A stretch of DNA of 64,000 nt from an uncultured archaeon (GTDB lineage Archaea; Iainarchaeota; Iainarchaeia; Iainarchaeales; 1-14-0-10-31-34), in the NCBI GenBank assembly GCA_964608675.1, contig CAZSOZ010000004.1, positions 46,376-110,375 of the forward strand, in the 5' to 3' direction. Made by a program: the position numbers and the translations under genes. The notes beneath the pieces were generated by a model. It searched no databases, had not been told where the DNA came from, and worked only from the letters and a program-made list of their open reading frames with translations. Each line of letters begins with the position of its first letter. Within the stretch, counting starts at the first letter, position 1. Shown piece after piece: positions 29,080 through 38,119 of this stretch.

Positions 29080-30233
29080 GAATAAATAATTTTTATTACT
29101 GCATTAATTATTTTTTTTGGATGTCCTTCCATTTGCATTGCTTCAATTATTTCTTCTTTAGTGTATCTTTTTGAAGGGCCTTCAAGAGAAGAAACAAGTT
29201 TTTTTACTTTCTTTTTTTCTTGTTTGGTTAATTCTAGCAAGACTTTTTTGTCTATTTCTTTTCCGCCTACTTTATGAATTAATCCTTTAGTAAAAAATTT
29301 TGTTATACTTCCTAACTGCTGTGCTATAGTTAAATTTTCATTTTCTTTCTTTTTTTCTTTTTTGATGGAGTCAGGGTTAACAGGAATCATCCCCTGAAGA
29401 TTTTCCATTCTTTTTTCTTTATTAAACGGAATTTTTTTTGGTTCAGGTTCTTCATACTCTATTTTTTGAAAAGTTGATTGTGTTTCTTTTTTTTCAGGTT
29501 CAACAGAATTTTTGTATTCGCTTTTTTTTTCAGGTTTTTCTAATACAAATGCTTTCAGCAGTTTTTCTTCTTCTGAAAGATTTTTTTCAGGTTTTCGTGT
29601 TTCTTTTTCTGCATTTTTTTCAGGCAAAATTTCTTCTGCATTCTTTTTTTCTTTAATTGCTTCTTCTGATTTTCCTTTTTCAAATATTTTTTTGTCTCCA
29701 GGGCTTTTTTTTTCGCTTATTTTTTTATATCCTGAAGCAGTTTCTTTTAATTTTTCTAAAATTTTCTTTTTTTCTTCAGGTTCTTCAGGATGCAATGGTT
29801 TTTCTTCTATTTTCAGATTCATTGCATTTATTTTGTTTTCTTTTTTTTGTTTTTCTGTTTTATGCCAGTGTCCTTCTCTGAAAGGAATTTTTTTGCTTTT
29901 TTCTTTTGTTTCTTTTTTTTCTTCTTTTTTGTCAAGCCATAAGTGTTCCGGTTCTTTGTCTTTTATTATTAGTCCATCAATGTCTTCTTTTTCTAAATCT
30001 TTTCCTTTGATTTCTGCTAGTTCATCTCTTAATAACTCCATTTTGCTTTTTTCTTTTTTTATTTTTTCTTTTGTTTTTTTCTGCTGGCTTTCTTGTTTTT
30101 CTTCTTGTTCTTTTTTTTCTTTGGTTTCTGGGCTTTTTTTATTTTGTTCTTTTAATTGCCCTGCTTCTTTTTTTCTTTCTCTTAAATCTTTGTCTGATTT
30201 AACTAATTTTTCTATTTCTTTTACTGAAGTCAT
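29076..30233 (-). CDS. Lys/Glu-rich low-complexity protein
   Basis: 385-aa ORF dominated by K/E with a short helical C-terminus (EAMQMEGHPKKII). Confidence 0.7.
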   Translation of the reverse strand: MTSVKEIEKLVKSDKDLRERKKEAGQLKEQNKKSPETKEKKEQEEKQESQQKKTKEKIKKEKSKMELLRDELAEIKGKDLEKEDIDGLIIKDKEPEHLWLDKKEEKKETKEKSKKIPFREGHWHKTEKQKKENKINAMNLKIEEKPLHPEEPEEKKKILEKLKETASGYKKISEKKSPGDKKIFEKGKSEEAIKEKKNAEEILPEKNAEKETRKPEKNLSEEEKLLKAFVLEKPEKKSEYKNSVEPEKKETQSTFQKIEYEEPEPKKIPFNKEKRMENLQGMIPVNPDSIKKEKKKENENLTIAQQLGSITKFFTKGLIHKVGGKEIDKKVLLELTKQEKKKVKKLVSSLEGPSKRYTKEEIIEAMQMEGHPKKIINAVIKIIYS

Positions 30234-30305
30234 TTCATCACTCTCTATAATAAAGATTAATTGATATATAAAAAGTTTCCTTAATCAAAAAAAAAGTATT
30301 GTAAA

Positions 30306-31769
30306 TTAATAAGATTTTGCTATATAAACAATTTTTTCTGCTTTTTTTCCGCACGCAAGACATTTTCCTTCTGATTTTTCTTTGTTTTTAAGTTTTGAGC
30401 CTCTGATGCTTGCATTCATTTCTTTTTCAATTTTTTCGGCACATGCTTTTGATTCCATTGAAATTGAACAAAAATGCGCTTTAATTATTTTTCCTTTTTC
30501 TATTTCTTTTTTTGCTTTTTCAAGTGAGTCAACTGAAACAATGTTTTCTTTGAATTCTTTTTCTGTTTTTTTCTTTAATTCTTCAAGCTGGTTTTTTCCT
30601 TCTCTTAAAATGAATTTACTTAACTCATAAATTTTTTCTTTTGTTTTTTTTTCTGTATCTCTTCTGAAAACCGTTGCTTTTTTTTCTGTTATTTCTTTTT
30701 CTCCTAATTCTATTCTGAATGGAACGCCTTTCATTTCCCAAAAATAAAATTTTTCTCCTATGGTTTTGTCAGTTGAATCAATTTCAGTTCTGATTTTATT
30801 TTTTCTTAGTTCTTTCATTATTTGTTTTGCTTCACTTAAAACTTTTTGTTTGTTTTTGTCGTTGTAAATTGGAATAATCACTGCTTGTAATGGAGCAACA
30901 CTAAAAGGAAACACTAATCCTTTGTTGTCTCCGTGTATAGAAATTATTGCTGCAAAAATCCTGCTTACTGCAGGACCATAGCATGTTGTCCAGCAGTATT
31001 CTTCTTTGCCTTTTTCGTTTGTAAATTTTACTTCAAATGCTTTTGTAAATGACTGTGAAATAATGTGTGTTGAAGGCAACTGCATTACTTTTCCGTCTGG
31101 CATTAATGTGTCTGCAGCAAAAGTGAATTCTGCTCCTGGAAACTTGTCCCATTGAGGTCTTTCTAAAAAAATAAAAGGCAAACCAAAAACATCACCTAAA
31201 ACTTCTTTTGTTGTCTGCATGTCTTCTTCTGCCTGTTTTAATGCATTTTCTTTTGAATCAAATGCATTGTGTGTTTCAATCCAGTAAAATTCCCTGCTTC
31301 TGATAAAAGGTCTTGTAGCTTTTGTTTCATATCTGAAAACTTGTGCTCTTTGATAGGTTTTGAAGGGCAAATCTTTGTAAGAGCGAATCCATAAAGAAAA
31401 CATTTGATAGAATGCTGTTTCTGAAGTAGGCCTTAAAGCCATTTTTTCTTCTAGTTTTTCTCCTGCGCCTGTTTCTGTTACCCAAAACACTTCTGGAGTA
31501 AATCCTTTTACGTGTTCTTTTTCCATTTTAAAATTTTTTTCAGGAATTACAACTGGATACCAGTAAGGTTTGTGGCCTTTTAATTGCAGGGTTTCTTCTA
31601 AGTAATCGTACATTTTTTCCATTGCCAGAACACTCCATGGCTGGAAAACAATAAATCCTTTAATATTATAACGCAGGTCGCCTAATTCAGCTTTTTTTAC
31701 TATTTCGGTGTACCAATTTGAAAAATTTTTTTTCTTGTCAAAATCAAACGTCACTTTTTCTTTTGCCAT
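30306..31769 (-). CDS. proS: Proline--tRNA ligase (archaeal/eukaryotic type)
   Basis: HVKGFTPEVFWV, RPTSET, FRYETKATRPFIRSREF, WEMKGVP, C-terminal AKSY. Confidence 0.97.
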   Translation of the reverse strand: MAKEKVTFDFDKKKNFSNWYTEIVKKAELGDLRYNIKGFIVFQPWSVLAMEKMYDYLEETLQLKGHKPYWYPVVIPEKNFKMEKEHVKGFTPEVFWVTETGAGEKLEEKMALRPTSETAFYQMFSLWIRSYKDLPFKTYQRAQVFRYETKATRPFIRSREFYWIETHNAFDSKENALKQAEEDMQTTKEVLGDVFGLPFIFLERPQWDKFPGAEFTFAADTLMPDGKVMQLPSTHIISQSFTKAFEVKFTNEKGKEEYCWTTCYGPAVSRIFAAIISIHGDNKGLVFPFSVAPLQAVIIPIYNDKNKQKVLSEAKQIMKELRKNKIRTEIDSTDKTIGEKFYFWEMKGVPFRIELGEKEITEKKATVFRRDTEKKTKEKIYELSKFILREGKNQLEELKKKTEKEFKENIVSVDSLEKAKKEIEKGKIIKAHFCSISMESKACAEKIEKEMNASIRGSKLKNKEKSEGKCLACGKKAEKIVYIAKSY

Positions 31770-31835
31770 AACAAAATCACTGTCTTAAACTATTTAAAAC
31801 AAACATTTTATTTATAATGTATTTAATTACTATAT

Positions 31836-32600
31836 ATGAATTCTCTTTTTGAGAAAAATTATAATTCCAGAGAACTTGCAGAAATGTGGACTGATTTTAT
31901 TGACTGGAATAAAAGAAGAAAAGGAGAAAAAGGCTTTCTGAAAAAAATTTTGCATGAAAATAAGGTTAATTCTGTTTTTGAATCTTCTTTAGGAGATGGC
32001 TGTGATTCTATTTATTTAATTAAAGAGGGTTTTGATGTAGTAAGCAATGACCTTGATTTTGAGTTCATCAAGAAAGCTCAAGAAAACGCAAGAAAAGAAA
32101 AGGTTAAATTAAATGTAACCAGTTTTGACTGGAGGGAATTAGGAAAGCATTTTGATAAAGAATTTTTTGATGCAGTTTTATGTTTAGGCAATTCTATTAC
32201 TTATTTATTCAAAAAAGAACACAGGCTTAAAGTATTAAGAGAATTTTATGGCTTGATTAAAAAAGAAGGGGTTCTGGTTATAGATGAAAGAAACTACCAG
32301 TATTTTTTAGATAACAGAAAAGAAATTTTGAAAGGAAATTTTAAGTACTCTAAAAATTTTGTTTATTGCGGAGAAACTGTTCGTGCGTTTCCCTTTGAAA
32401 TAACTGAACAAAAAGTGGTAATGCAATACGTTGATAAAAAAAGAAAAAAGAAAGCTGAACTGGTTTTGTATCCTTTTAAGAGAGGCGAACTGCTTTCTTT
32501 ATTGAATGAAGCAGGTTTTAATAAAGTTCAGGTTTTTTCTGACTACAAAAAAGGATTTAATTCTGAAGCAGATTTTTATACTTATGTTTGCTCCAAGTGA
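31836..32600 (+). CDS. Glycine/sarcosine N-methyltransferase-like protein
   Basis: WTDFIDW, DWREL, FDAVLCLGNSITYLF, IDERNY, YCG. Confidence 0.8.
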   Translation: MNSLFEKNYNSRELAEMWTDFIDWNKRRKGEKGFLKKILHENKVNSVFESSLGDGCDSIYLIKEGFDVVSNDLDFEFIKKAQENARKEKVKLNVTSFDWRELGKHFDKEFFDAVLCLGNSITYLFKKEHRLKVLREFYGLIKKEGVLVIDERNYQYFLDNRKEILKGNFKYSKNFVYCGETVRAFPFEITEQKVVMQYVDKKRKKKAELVLYPFKRGELLSLLNEAGFNKVQVFSDYKKGFNSEADFYTYVCSK

Positions 32601-32618
32601 AGCATGAATTTTTGTATT

Positions 32619-33002
32619 TCAGTTTTCGTTGATTTTTTTCCATGCTTTTCTTAATGCTTTTCTTATTGGGTGTTTTGTGATTCGGGTTTTTTCTTTTTTT
32701 CCGATTATTTTTGTTTTTTTTGTTTTGACAAGTTTTCCTTTTTCATCATATTTTTCTTCTATTTTTTTTGTTCTGTTTTTTCCTCTTAAATTTCTGTCGG
32801 TAATTATTTTTTCCCTGCTTTTGGGTTTTCCTGTGTAATCCCACACTGCGTGTTCTTCAAGGTCTCCTCTTATTCTTCTTTTGACAAACCTGTCTTTTGC
32901 GTATATGTCTTGTTTAACAGAATTGCGAACAATTCTTCTTATTGGCCCTTCAGCTAATTTTGCTTTTCTCATTTTTTTTCTGCTTAATTTTTTTAAAGGC
33001 AT
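32619..33002 (-). CDS. Highly basic hypothetical protein
   Basis: 127-aa K/R-rich ORF. Confidence 0.6.
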   Translation of the reverse strand: MPLKKLSRKKMRKAKLAEGPIRRIVRNSVKQDIYAKDRFVKRRIRGDLEEHAVWDYTGKPKSREKIITDRNLRGKNRTKKIEEKYDEKGKLVKTKKTKIIGKKEKTRITKHPIRKALRKAWKKINEN

Positions 33003-33079
33003 ATTAAAATCAATAAATTAAAAGAATTAGATGTTTAAATTTGTTTCTATTCACAAAAAAAAAACAGAATGAAATTAAG

Positions 33080-33150
33080 TGTAGGCGCAGGAGCGTAAGG
33101 TCGTGCTAGCATTATTTTGTGTGTACAGGCATCCGCTGACTAAACCGCGA
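33080..33150. ncRNA. Candidate small RNA directly 3' of tRNA-Pro(GGG)
   Basis: About 70 nt of GC-rich non-coding sequence in an otherwise very AT-rich intergenic region. Confidence 0.3.
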
Positions 33151-33152
33151 AT

Positions 33153-33226
33153 TGGGGCCGCCGAGATTTGAACTCGAGCCACAAGCTCCCCGAGCTTGGA
33201 TCCTAACCAGACTAGACTACGGCCCC
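33153..33226 (-). tRNA. tRNA-Pro(GGG)
   Basis: GGGGCCG/CGGCCCC acceptor stem; anticodon arm CAAGC-TCGGGGA-GCTTG. Confidence 0.9.
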
Positions 33227-33232
33227 AAAAAA

Positions 33233-34357
33233 CTATTTTTTTTCTAAAACTTGTTCATAAAATTTTTCCAGTTCGTTTGCTCTTTTTTCTTTTGAGTTTT
33301 TTCTGGCTGTTTCAACTGCATTAGTTGAAAGTTTTTCGTATAATTTTTTGTTTGAAAATAATTTATTTATTTTTTCTTTTGCTTCTCTTGCATTAAAGGG
33401 TTCAAATAAAAATCCATTAATTCCTTCTTTGATTGTTTCTGGTACTGCCATTTTGTCTGCTCCAATGCACGGCATTCCTGTTGACATTGCTTCGGCAATA
33501 GTTAATCCTTGTGTTTCCATTGTTGCAGCAGTGACAAAAACATTTGATTCAGCAACTTTTTTTACTAAGTCTTTTCCTTTTAATGCTCCGTTAAATTCAA
33601 TTCTTTTTTCTAGTCCTTTTTCTTCTGCTTTTTTTTTGAGTTTTTGTATTGCTGGACCTGAACCTATTATTGTAAGCAAAGCATTTTTTTCCAGCAATGA
33701 AAGAACCTCAATTAAAACTTCAATGTTTTTTTCAAATGAAATTCTTCCAAAATACACTAATTTTTTTTGCTTTAAGTTTTTATTGCATTTAATTGAATTA
33801 AATAATTCAAAGTTTATTCCGTTTGGCAAAACTTTAATGTTTTTTACTTCGTTTTTTTCTAATTCTTTTGCAGACTGTTTTGTTGGGGTGGTAATTAAAT
33901 CGCATTTATTGTAAAACAGTTTTGTGTAAAACCAGACTCCTTTTTTTGCTATTCTGCTTTCTTTCATGAAAGGAATCGGCAAATACATCATGAAGTCTGG
34001 TAGATAAGTATGATATGTGCCTATAACTTTTTTTTTGAGTTTTTTTCCTGAATTTAATCCTATCCAGCCCACTGAAAAAGGAGTGTGGCAGTGAATTATA
34101 TCTGGATTAAATTCTTTTAGTTTTTTTTGTGCTTCAAAAGAAAAAATTGAACTTATTCTGTATTCTTTGTAGGTAGGCAGAGAAAAACTTGGAATCCAAA
34201 ACACATTAAATTTTGTTTTTGTTTTTTCTTTTGGTTTTGGAGCAAAAATAAGTATTTTGTGTCCTTTTTTTTTAAGTTCTTCTGCAAAATTTTCTATTGA
34301 AATTGTTACTCCGTTTATTTGAGGCCAGTATGAATCAGTAAAAAAAGCTATTTTCAT
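33233..34357 (-). CDS. GT4 glycosyltransferase
   Basis: DSYWPQINGV, HCHTPF, GRISFEKN, ETQGLTIAEAM. Confidence 0.93.
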   Translation of the reverse strand: MKIAFFTDSYWPQINGVTISIENFAEELKKKGHKILIFAPKPKEKTKTKFNVFWIPSFSLPTYKEYRISSIFSFEAQKKLKEFNPDIIHCHTPFSVGWIGLNSGKKLKKKVIGTYHTYLPDFMMYLPIPFMKESRIAKKGVWFYTKLFYNKCDLITTPTKQSAKELEKNEVKNIKVLPNGINFELFNSIKCNKNLKQKKLVYFGRISFEKNIEVLIEVLSLLEKNALLTIIGSGPAIQKLKKKAEEKGLEKRIEFNGALKGKDLVKKVAESNVFVTAATMETQGLTIAEAMSTGMPCIGADKMAVPETIKEGINGFLFEPFNAREAKEKINKLFSNKKLYEKLSTNAVETARKNSKEKRANELEKFYEQVLEKK

Positions 34358-34392
34358 GCAGAATTATTGAATTTAACTTCTTTAAATGTTTT

Positions 34393-35106
34393 CTATCTGA
34401 CTCCTTCGTATTTTCTGCTTGCTTTTCCAAATAAATGAAAATTTAATGCGTTTTTTAAATGAAAAAAAATATAGTAAAAATAACCCCATTTTTTTACTCT
34501 TCTTGCAGAAACTTTTACTTCACTTTTTGGATTCCATTTAATTTTTCCTGTTTTTTTGAGCCGGTTAAATAAATCCAGGTCTTCGCAGGTAACAAAGGTT
34601 GTGTCAAACCCGTTTATTTTTTCAAATGCAGTTTTTTTTACTGAAAGATTTGAACCCACTGCATTATGCATTCCAATTAAAGAAAAAAGCCATAAAAAGA
34701 AAGGCATTATTATTTTGCTTGTTTTTTTTTCTATTCCGCTTACATCTGAAAAGTAAACGCTGCCATATTGTCCTACTGTTTCAGGGTTTTTTTCAAAGAA
34801 ACTGTAGTTTTCGTGAACCCAGTTTTCTGGAACAATTGCATCTGCGTCAGTAAACAATAAATATTTTCCTTTTGATATTTTTGCTCCTGCCTGCCTTTCA
34901 GCTGAAATTCTTCTCTTTTTTTCTATTATAATTCTTGCTCCAAGGCTTTCTGCTATTTCTGCTGTTTTGTCTTCGCTGTTTCCGTCTGCTACAATCACTT
35001 CATATTTTCCGTGAAATTTTTGTGCATTAATTGATTTCAAACACTGTTCGATTCTTTTCTCTTCGTTCAACGTACAGACAATAACTGATACATCTATTTC
35101 ATTCAT
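34393..35106 (-). CDS. GT2 glycosyltransferase
   Basis: CTLNEE, DGNSED, DAD, CEDLDL, SARR. Confidence 0.92.
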   Translation of the reverse strand: MNEIDVSVIVCTLNEEKRIEQCLKSINAQKFHGKYEVIVADGNSEDKTAEIAESLGARIIIEKKRRISAERQAGAKISKGKYLLFTDADAIVPENWVHENYSFFEKNPETVGQYGSVYFSDVSGIEKKTSKIIMPFFLWLFSLIGMHNAVGSNLSVKKTAFEKINGFDTTFVTCEDLDLFNRLKKTGKIKWNPKSEVKVSARRVKKWGYFYYIFFHLKNALNFHLFGKASRKYEGVR

Positions 35107-35160
35107 TTTATCTTTTAATAAAAAAGCAGAACTAGAATAAAAGCTTTTGTTTGTTTTTTG

Positions 35161-35530
35161 TTAGCCATAAGCAAAGCGAAATAGTATGCTTTTGGTTGTC
35201 ATTGTCAGCTGACACCAGCGCACGATTTTTAATCGTGTTAATATGCTTTTACGGCATGCACTGTTGTTTACAGAAAGAATTGCGAATGGGGACACTGGGA
35301 GTCGAACCCAGATTGCTTGGTTTCCGCCATGCCTTTTTCGAAAAAAGACAAGTTGCCAAAAAGGTTCGCTGAAGCGAACGCCGTGCAAAGCAATGTCTTT
35401 TTTTTTGATACAATTTTTTTCCGAAAAAAGTTGTCTGGAGCCAAGCGGGATAGCCATTACCCTATGTCCCCGAACTGTTCGCTTAGTTCACATGCGTGCA
35501 CTATTTTCGCTGCGTTTGATGCAGTTGCAA
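35161..35530 (-). ncRNA. Candidate structured precursor/ncRNA enclosing tRNA-Trp
   Basis: GC-rich leader and trailer with several hairpins; 35498-35513 is complementary to 35171-35189. Confidence 0.5.
35287..35471 (-). tRNA. tRNA-Trp(CCA) with about 113-nt intron (35322-35434)
   Basis: GGGGACA/TGTCCCC acceptor stem; CTTGG-CTCCAG|A-CCAAG; GTTCGACTC T-arm; splice motif is a relaxed BHB. Confidence 0.9.
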
Positions 35531-35597
35531 TTAAAAAAAGTACTTGGAAAAGTTAATAAATGATTAGAGTATATTTTAATAGATTGAAGGGATTTAA

Positions 35598-36872
35598 ATG
35601 AGGAAGTTGGAGGTATTGTTTTGTTTGCTTTTATTCAGCGGTTTTGCTTATAGTTTGTCGTCTGCTGAAGTAACTAATTTTTTTCGTTCTGAATCTCATT
35701 TTTTGGAGTCTAATCAGTCTTTTAGTGAAACCCCTTTTTTTGTTGAGCATAAAGGAAAAAATTATTGGGTTGTTGTTTTGATTTCAGAGAATACTCCAAC
35801 TGGTTTTGTGGCTGTTCCTTCTGATAAAAAAGAGGTTGTTGAATCTAATTCAGTTAACAGAAATTTGTTTCGTACAGCTTATATTTTGTATTCTGTTAAT
35901 TCTTATAAATCTAATTCCCGGTGGATTTTTTCTAATTCAAATAAAGGAAAATTTAATACTTTATCCATACTTTTATCTGCTGATGTTCCGTTTAAATTGA
36001 ATTCAATTAAAGAAGGAACATCTGATTCTGAAATAAAAAATAAAGTGAATTTAATGCTTTCAATGCTGGATTTATTATCAGAAAAATCAAGTGAAATTGA
36101 ATCTGCTTTTGGTTCTGCGATTCAGTTTGAATTAAATTTTGTTTCCAGTCCTGATTCTTCTGATGCTGATGTTTTAAGAAGCAGGTATGAAAACGTGTTT
36201 TCTTTGCTTCAGGAATTCAAGGAATTGAAATTGAATTATTCTTTGCAGGCAATTGAATTAAAGAAATTGATTTCGGAATCTGATTTAACTCCTAATGAAA
36301 AACAGCAGTTTTTGAATCTTGCTTCTGAGCCCCAGCAGTTGAATTCAATTGATTCAATTTTTTCTTTGTCTGCTGACACCCAGCAGAGAGTTGATGAAAT
36401 TTTTTCTGCTGTTAATGCTAAAGTTAATTCTTGGGTTGATAATGTTTTTGTTATGATTGAAAGAAATAATGCTTTTGAAGAAATTTACGGGCAGGATTCT
36501 GCTTTTTATTCTAAAACAAAAAATAATTTTTACAGTTTGAATGATGCTTATTCTTATATAACTGATGAAGATAATTCGATTTTTTGGAAAGAGCAGGGGA
36601 GGCTTTCTTCTTTTAAAAAAAATTTTTCTGAAGCAGAGAAAGCTTTTGAACAAAAGAGTTATTCAAGAAGTATTTCTTTTGCGGAAAAAGCTAAAGCTGA
36701 TGCAATTGCTGTAATTAATGCAGGTTTTTATGAATCAGAAAATTTTTTAACTAAAAATTTGAGCGTAATTATTTTGGGTTTGGTTGCATTGCTTGTTTTG
36801 CTGATTTTGTTTAACAATAGAAAAAAATTTTTTAAGCCTGCAGAAGAATCCAAACAAGAATTCAAATTTTAG
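35598..36872 (+). CDS. Secreted, C-terminally anchored helical protein
   Basis: Signal peptide, coiled-coil-like body, C-terminal TM plus basic tail. Confidence 0.75.
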   Translation: MRKLEVLFCLLLFSGFAYSLSSAEVTNFFRSESHFLESNQSFSETPFFVEHKGKNYWVVVLISENTPTGFVAVPSDKKEVVESNSVNRNLFRTAYILYSVNSYKSNSRWIFSNSNKGKFNTLSILLSADVPFKLNSIKEGTSDSEIKNKVNLMLSMLDLLSEKSSEIESAFGSAIQFELNFVSSPDSSDADVLRSRYENVFSLLQEFKELKLNYSLQAIELKKLISESDLTPNEKQQFLNLASEPQQLNSIDSIFSLSADTQQRVDEIFSAVNAKVNSWVDNVFVMIERNNAFEEIYGQDSAFYSKTKNNFYSLNDAYSYITDEDNSIFWKEQGRLSSFKKNFSEAEKAFEQKSYSRSISFAEKAKADAIAVINAGFYESENFLTKNLSVIILGLVALLVLLILFNNRKKFFKPAEESKQEFKF

Positions 36873-36930
36873 GTTTTTTTTTGCACGAAAGACTTTTAAA
36901 TGAGAAAAGAGTATATTTATATGATTTTTT

Positions 36931-37560
36931 ATGGGGGCTGAAAAGGTTTCTTTGAATGTTGAAAACATTTCTAATAATATTAAGAACATTTTTTCTAAGA
37001 ATGCAGGGGAATCAGATGAAGCCCGAAGCAGAAAATATGATTTTTTTCTTCAGAAAATGGATTCTTTGGAATCAAAATTAAAGGAATTAGAGCAGGTTTC
37101 TTCTGTTGGTTTGCCTTTGTCTGAAGCAAGGGACAATCTTGACAGACTGAAAAGCATTGAGGAACAAAATAATAGAACTGAATCAAAACTTAATTTGTAT
37201 ATTGCTAAAGTTCGTGAATTAAAGAGTTCAATTGAAGCATTAAAGGATTTATCTGGACAAAAGGTTACGGCTTCCCAGCTTAATTTTTTGGATGAAAAAG
37301 TAAAAGGGCTTGAAGAATTAAGTGATGAAATACAAAAATCAAAAACAAAAGAAGTTTTGATTCAAGTAATTGAAATTCTTGAAAAGCTTGATAAAAGGGT
37401 TGTGGAATTAGAGAAAAAAACAGGAGAGCTTGTTACTAAGGAACGTTCTTTTTCTTCTTCAGTGAATTCAGATTATTCTGATTTTGATAAAACTGATTAT
37501 GTTTCTGAAGAAAATTCATCAGAAAACAAGAGTTTTTTTGACAAACTTTTTCACAGGTGA
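36931..37560 (+). CDS. Coiled-coil protein, first gene of the pilus-like operon
   Basis: Heptad-like L/E/K pattern, no TM. Confidence 0.7.
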   Translation: MGAEKVSLNVENISNNIKNIFSKNAGESDEARSRKYDFFLQKMDSLESKLKELEQVSSVGLPLSEARDNLDRLKSIEEQNNRTESKLNLYIAKVRELKSSIEALKDLSGQKVTASQLNFLDEKVKGLEELSDEIQKSKTKEVLIQVIEILEKLDKRVVELEKKTGELVTKERSFSSSVNSDYSDFDKTDYVSEENSSENKSFFDKLFHR

Positions 37561-37564
37561 TTGA

Positions 37565-38119
37565 TTGGTTTTTCTTGAAGAAGAAAAAGCAAAAACTTGG
37601 GATACTTCAAAACAGGAATTTGTTTTTTTGAAAAAAAAAGCTGATTTGCTTGAATTAGAGAGACAGCGTTATTTGGTCAGCCAGATGAATCAGATTGAAC
37701 AGAGAATCGGAATGATTAAAGGTTATTTTTCCGGTGAAGAATATTTTGGAGAATCTGCTTTTGTTGTAAAAAAACTTGATGAACTTGAAAGGAAATCTAA
37801 ATTGTTTTCTGTACGTCCTGAATTATTTAATTTTTATGTTGAGGAAGCCACAGGAAAACAGAAAAAAATAAAGGCTTCTTTGAATAATTTTGTTTCTTTT
37901 TCTGATGTCCAGGGTTTGCTTGAAAGAATTGCTTCGATTGTTGCTTTGTATGGAATTATTACTGGAGGCAAAGTTAAGGGCCTTCTTTCAAATGTTTTGA
38001 AGAGAATTGAAGGCCTTCAAAAGAGAGCTCAGAATGTAGAGGAAACAATGAAGAGAATTGAAAGCAAGTCATTTAAAAAAATGGTTGATGAAGTAAAAGG
38101 GGATTTAAATGAAGTATAA
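37565..38119 (+). CDS. Coiled-coil hypothetical protein
   Basis: GGTGA RBS before a TTG start; overlaps the ATPase gene. Confidence 0.7.
   Translation: MVFLEEEKAKTWDTSKQEFVFLKKKADLLELERQRYLVSQMNQIEQRIGMIKGYFSGEEYFGESAFVVKKLDELERKSKLFSVRPELFNFYVEEATGKQKKIKASLNNFVSFSDVQGLLERIASIVALYGIITGGKVKGLLSNVLKRIEGLQKRAQNVEETMKRIESKSFKKMVDEVKGDLNEV

Noticed and set aside
29512-30264. 250-aa Phe/Ser-rich ORF and similar antisense ORFs throughout the track
   Set aside because: Shadow frames of Lys/Glu-rich genes on the opposite strand.
35161-35530. RNase P RNA, SRP RNA or tmRNA
   Set aside because: No GAGGAAAGUCC or other P4 consensus, no SRP helix-8 motif; the core is a complete tRNA-Trp with an intron.
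35151-35563. ORFs overlapping the tRNA-Trp locus
   Set aside because: By-products of GC-rich RNA sequence; no protein-like features.
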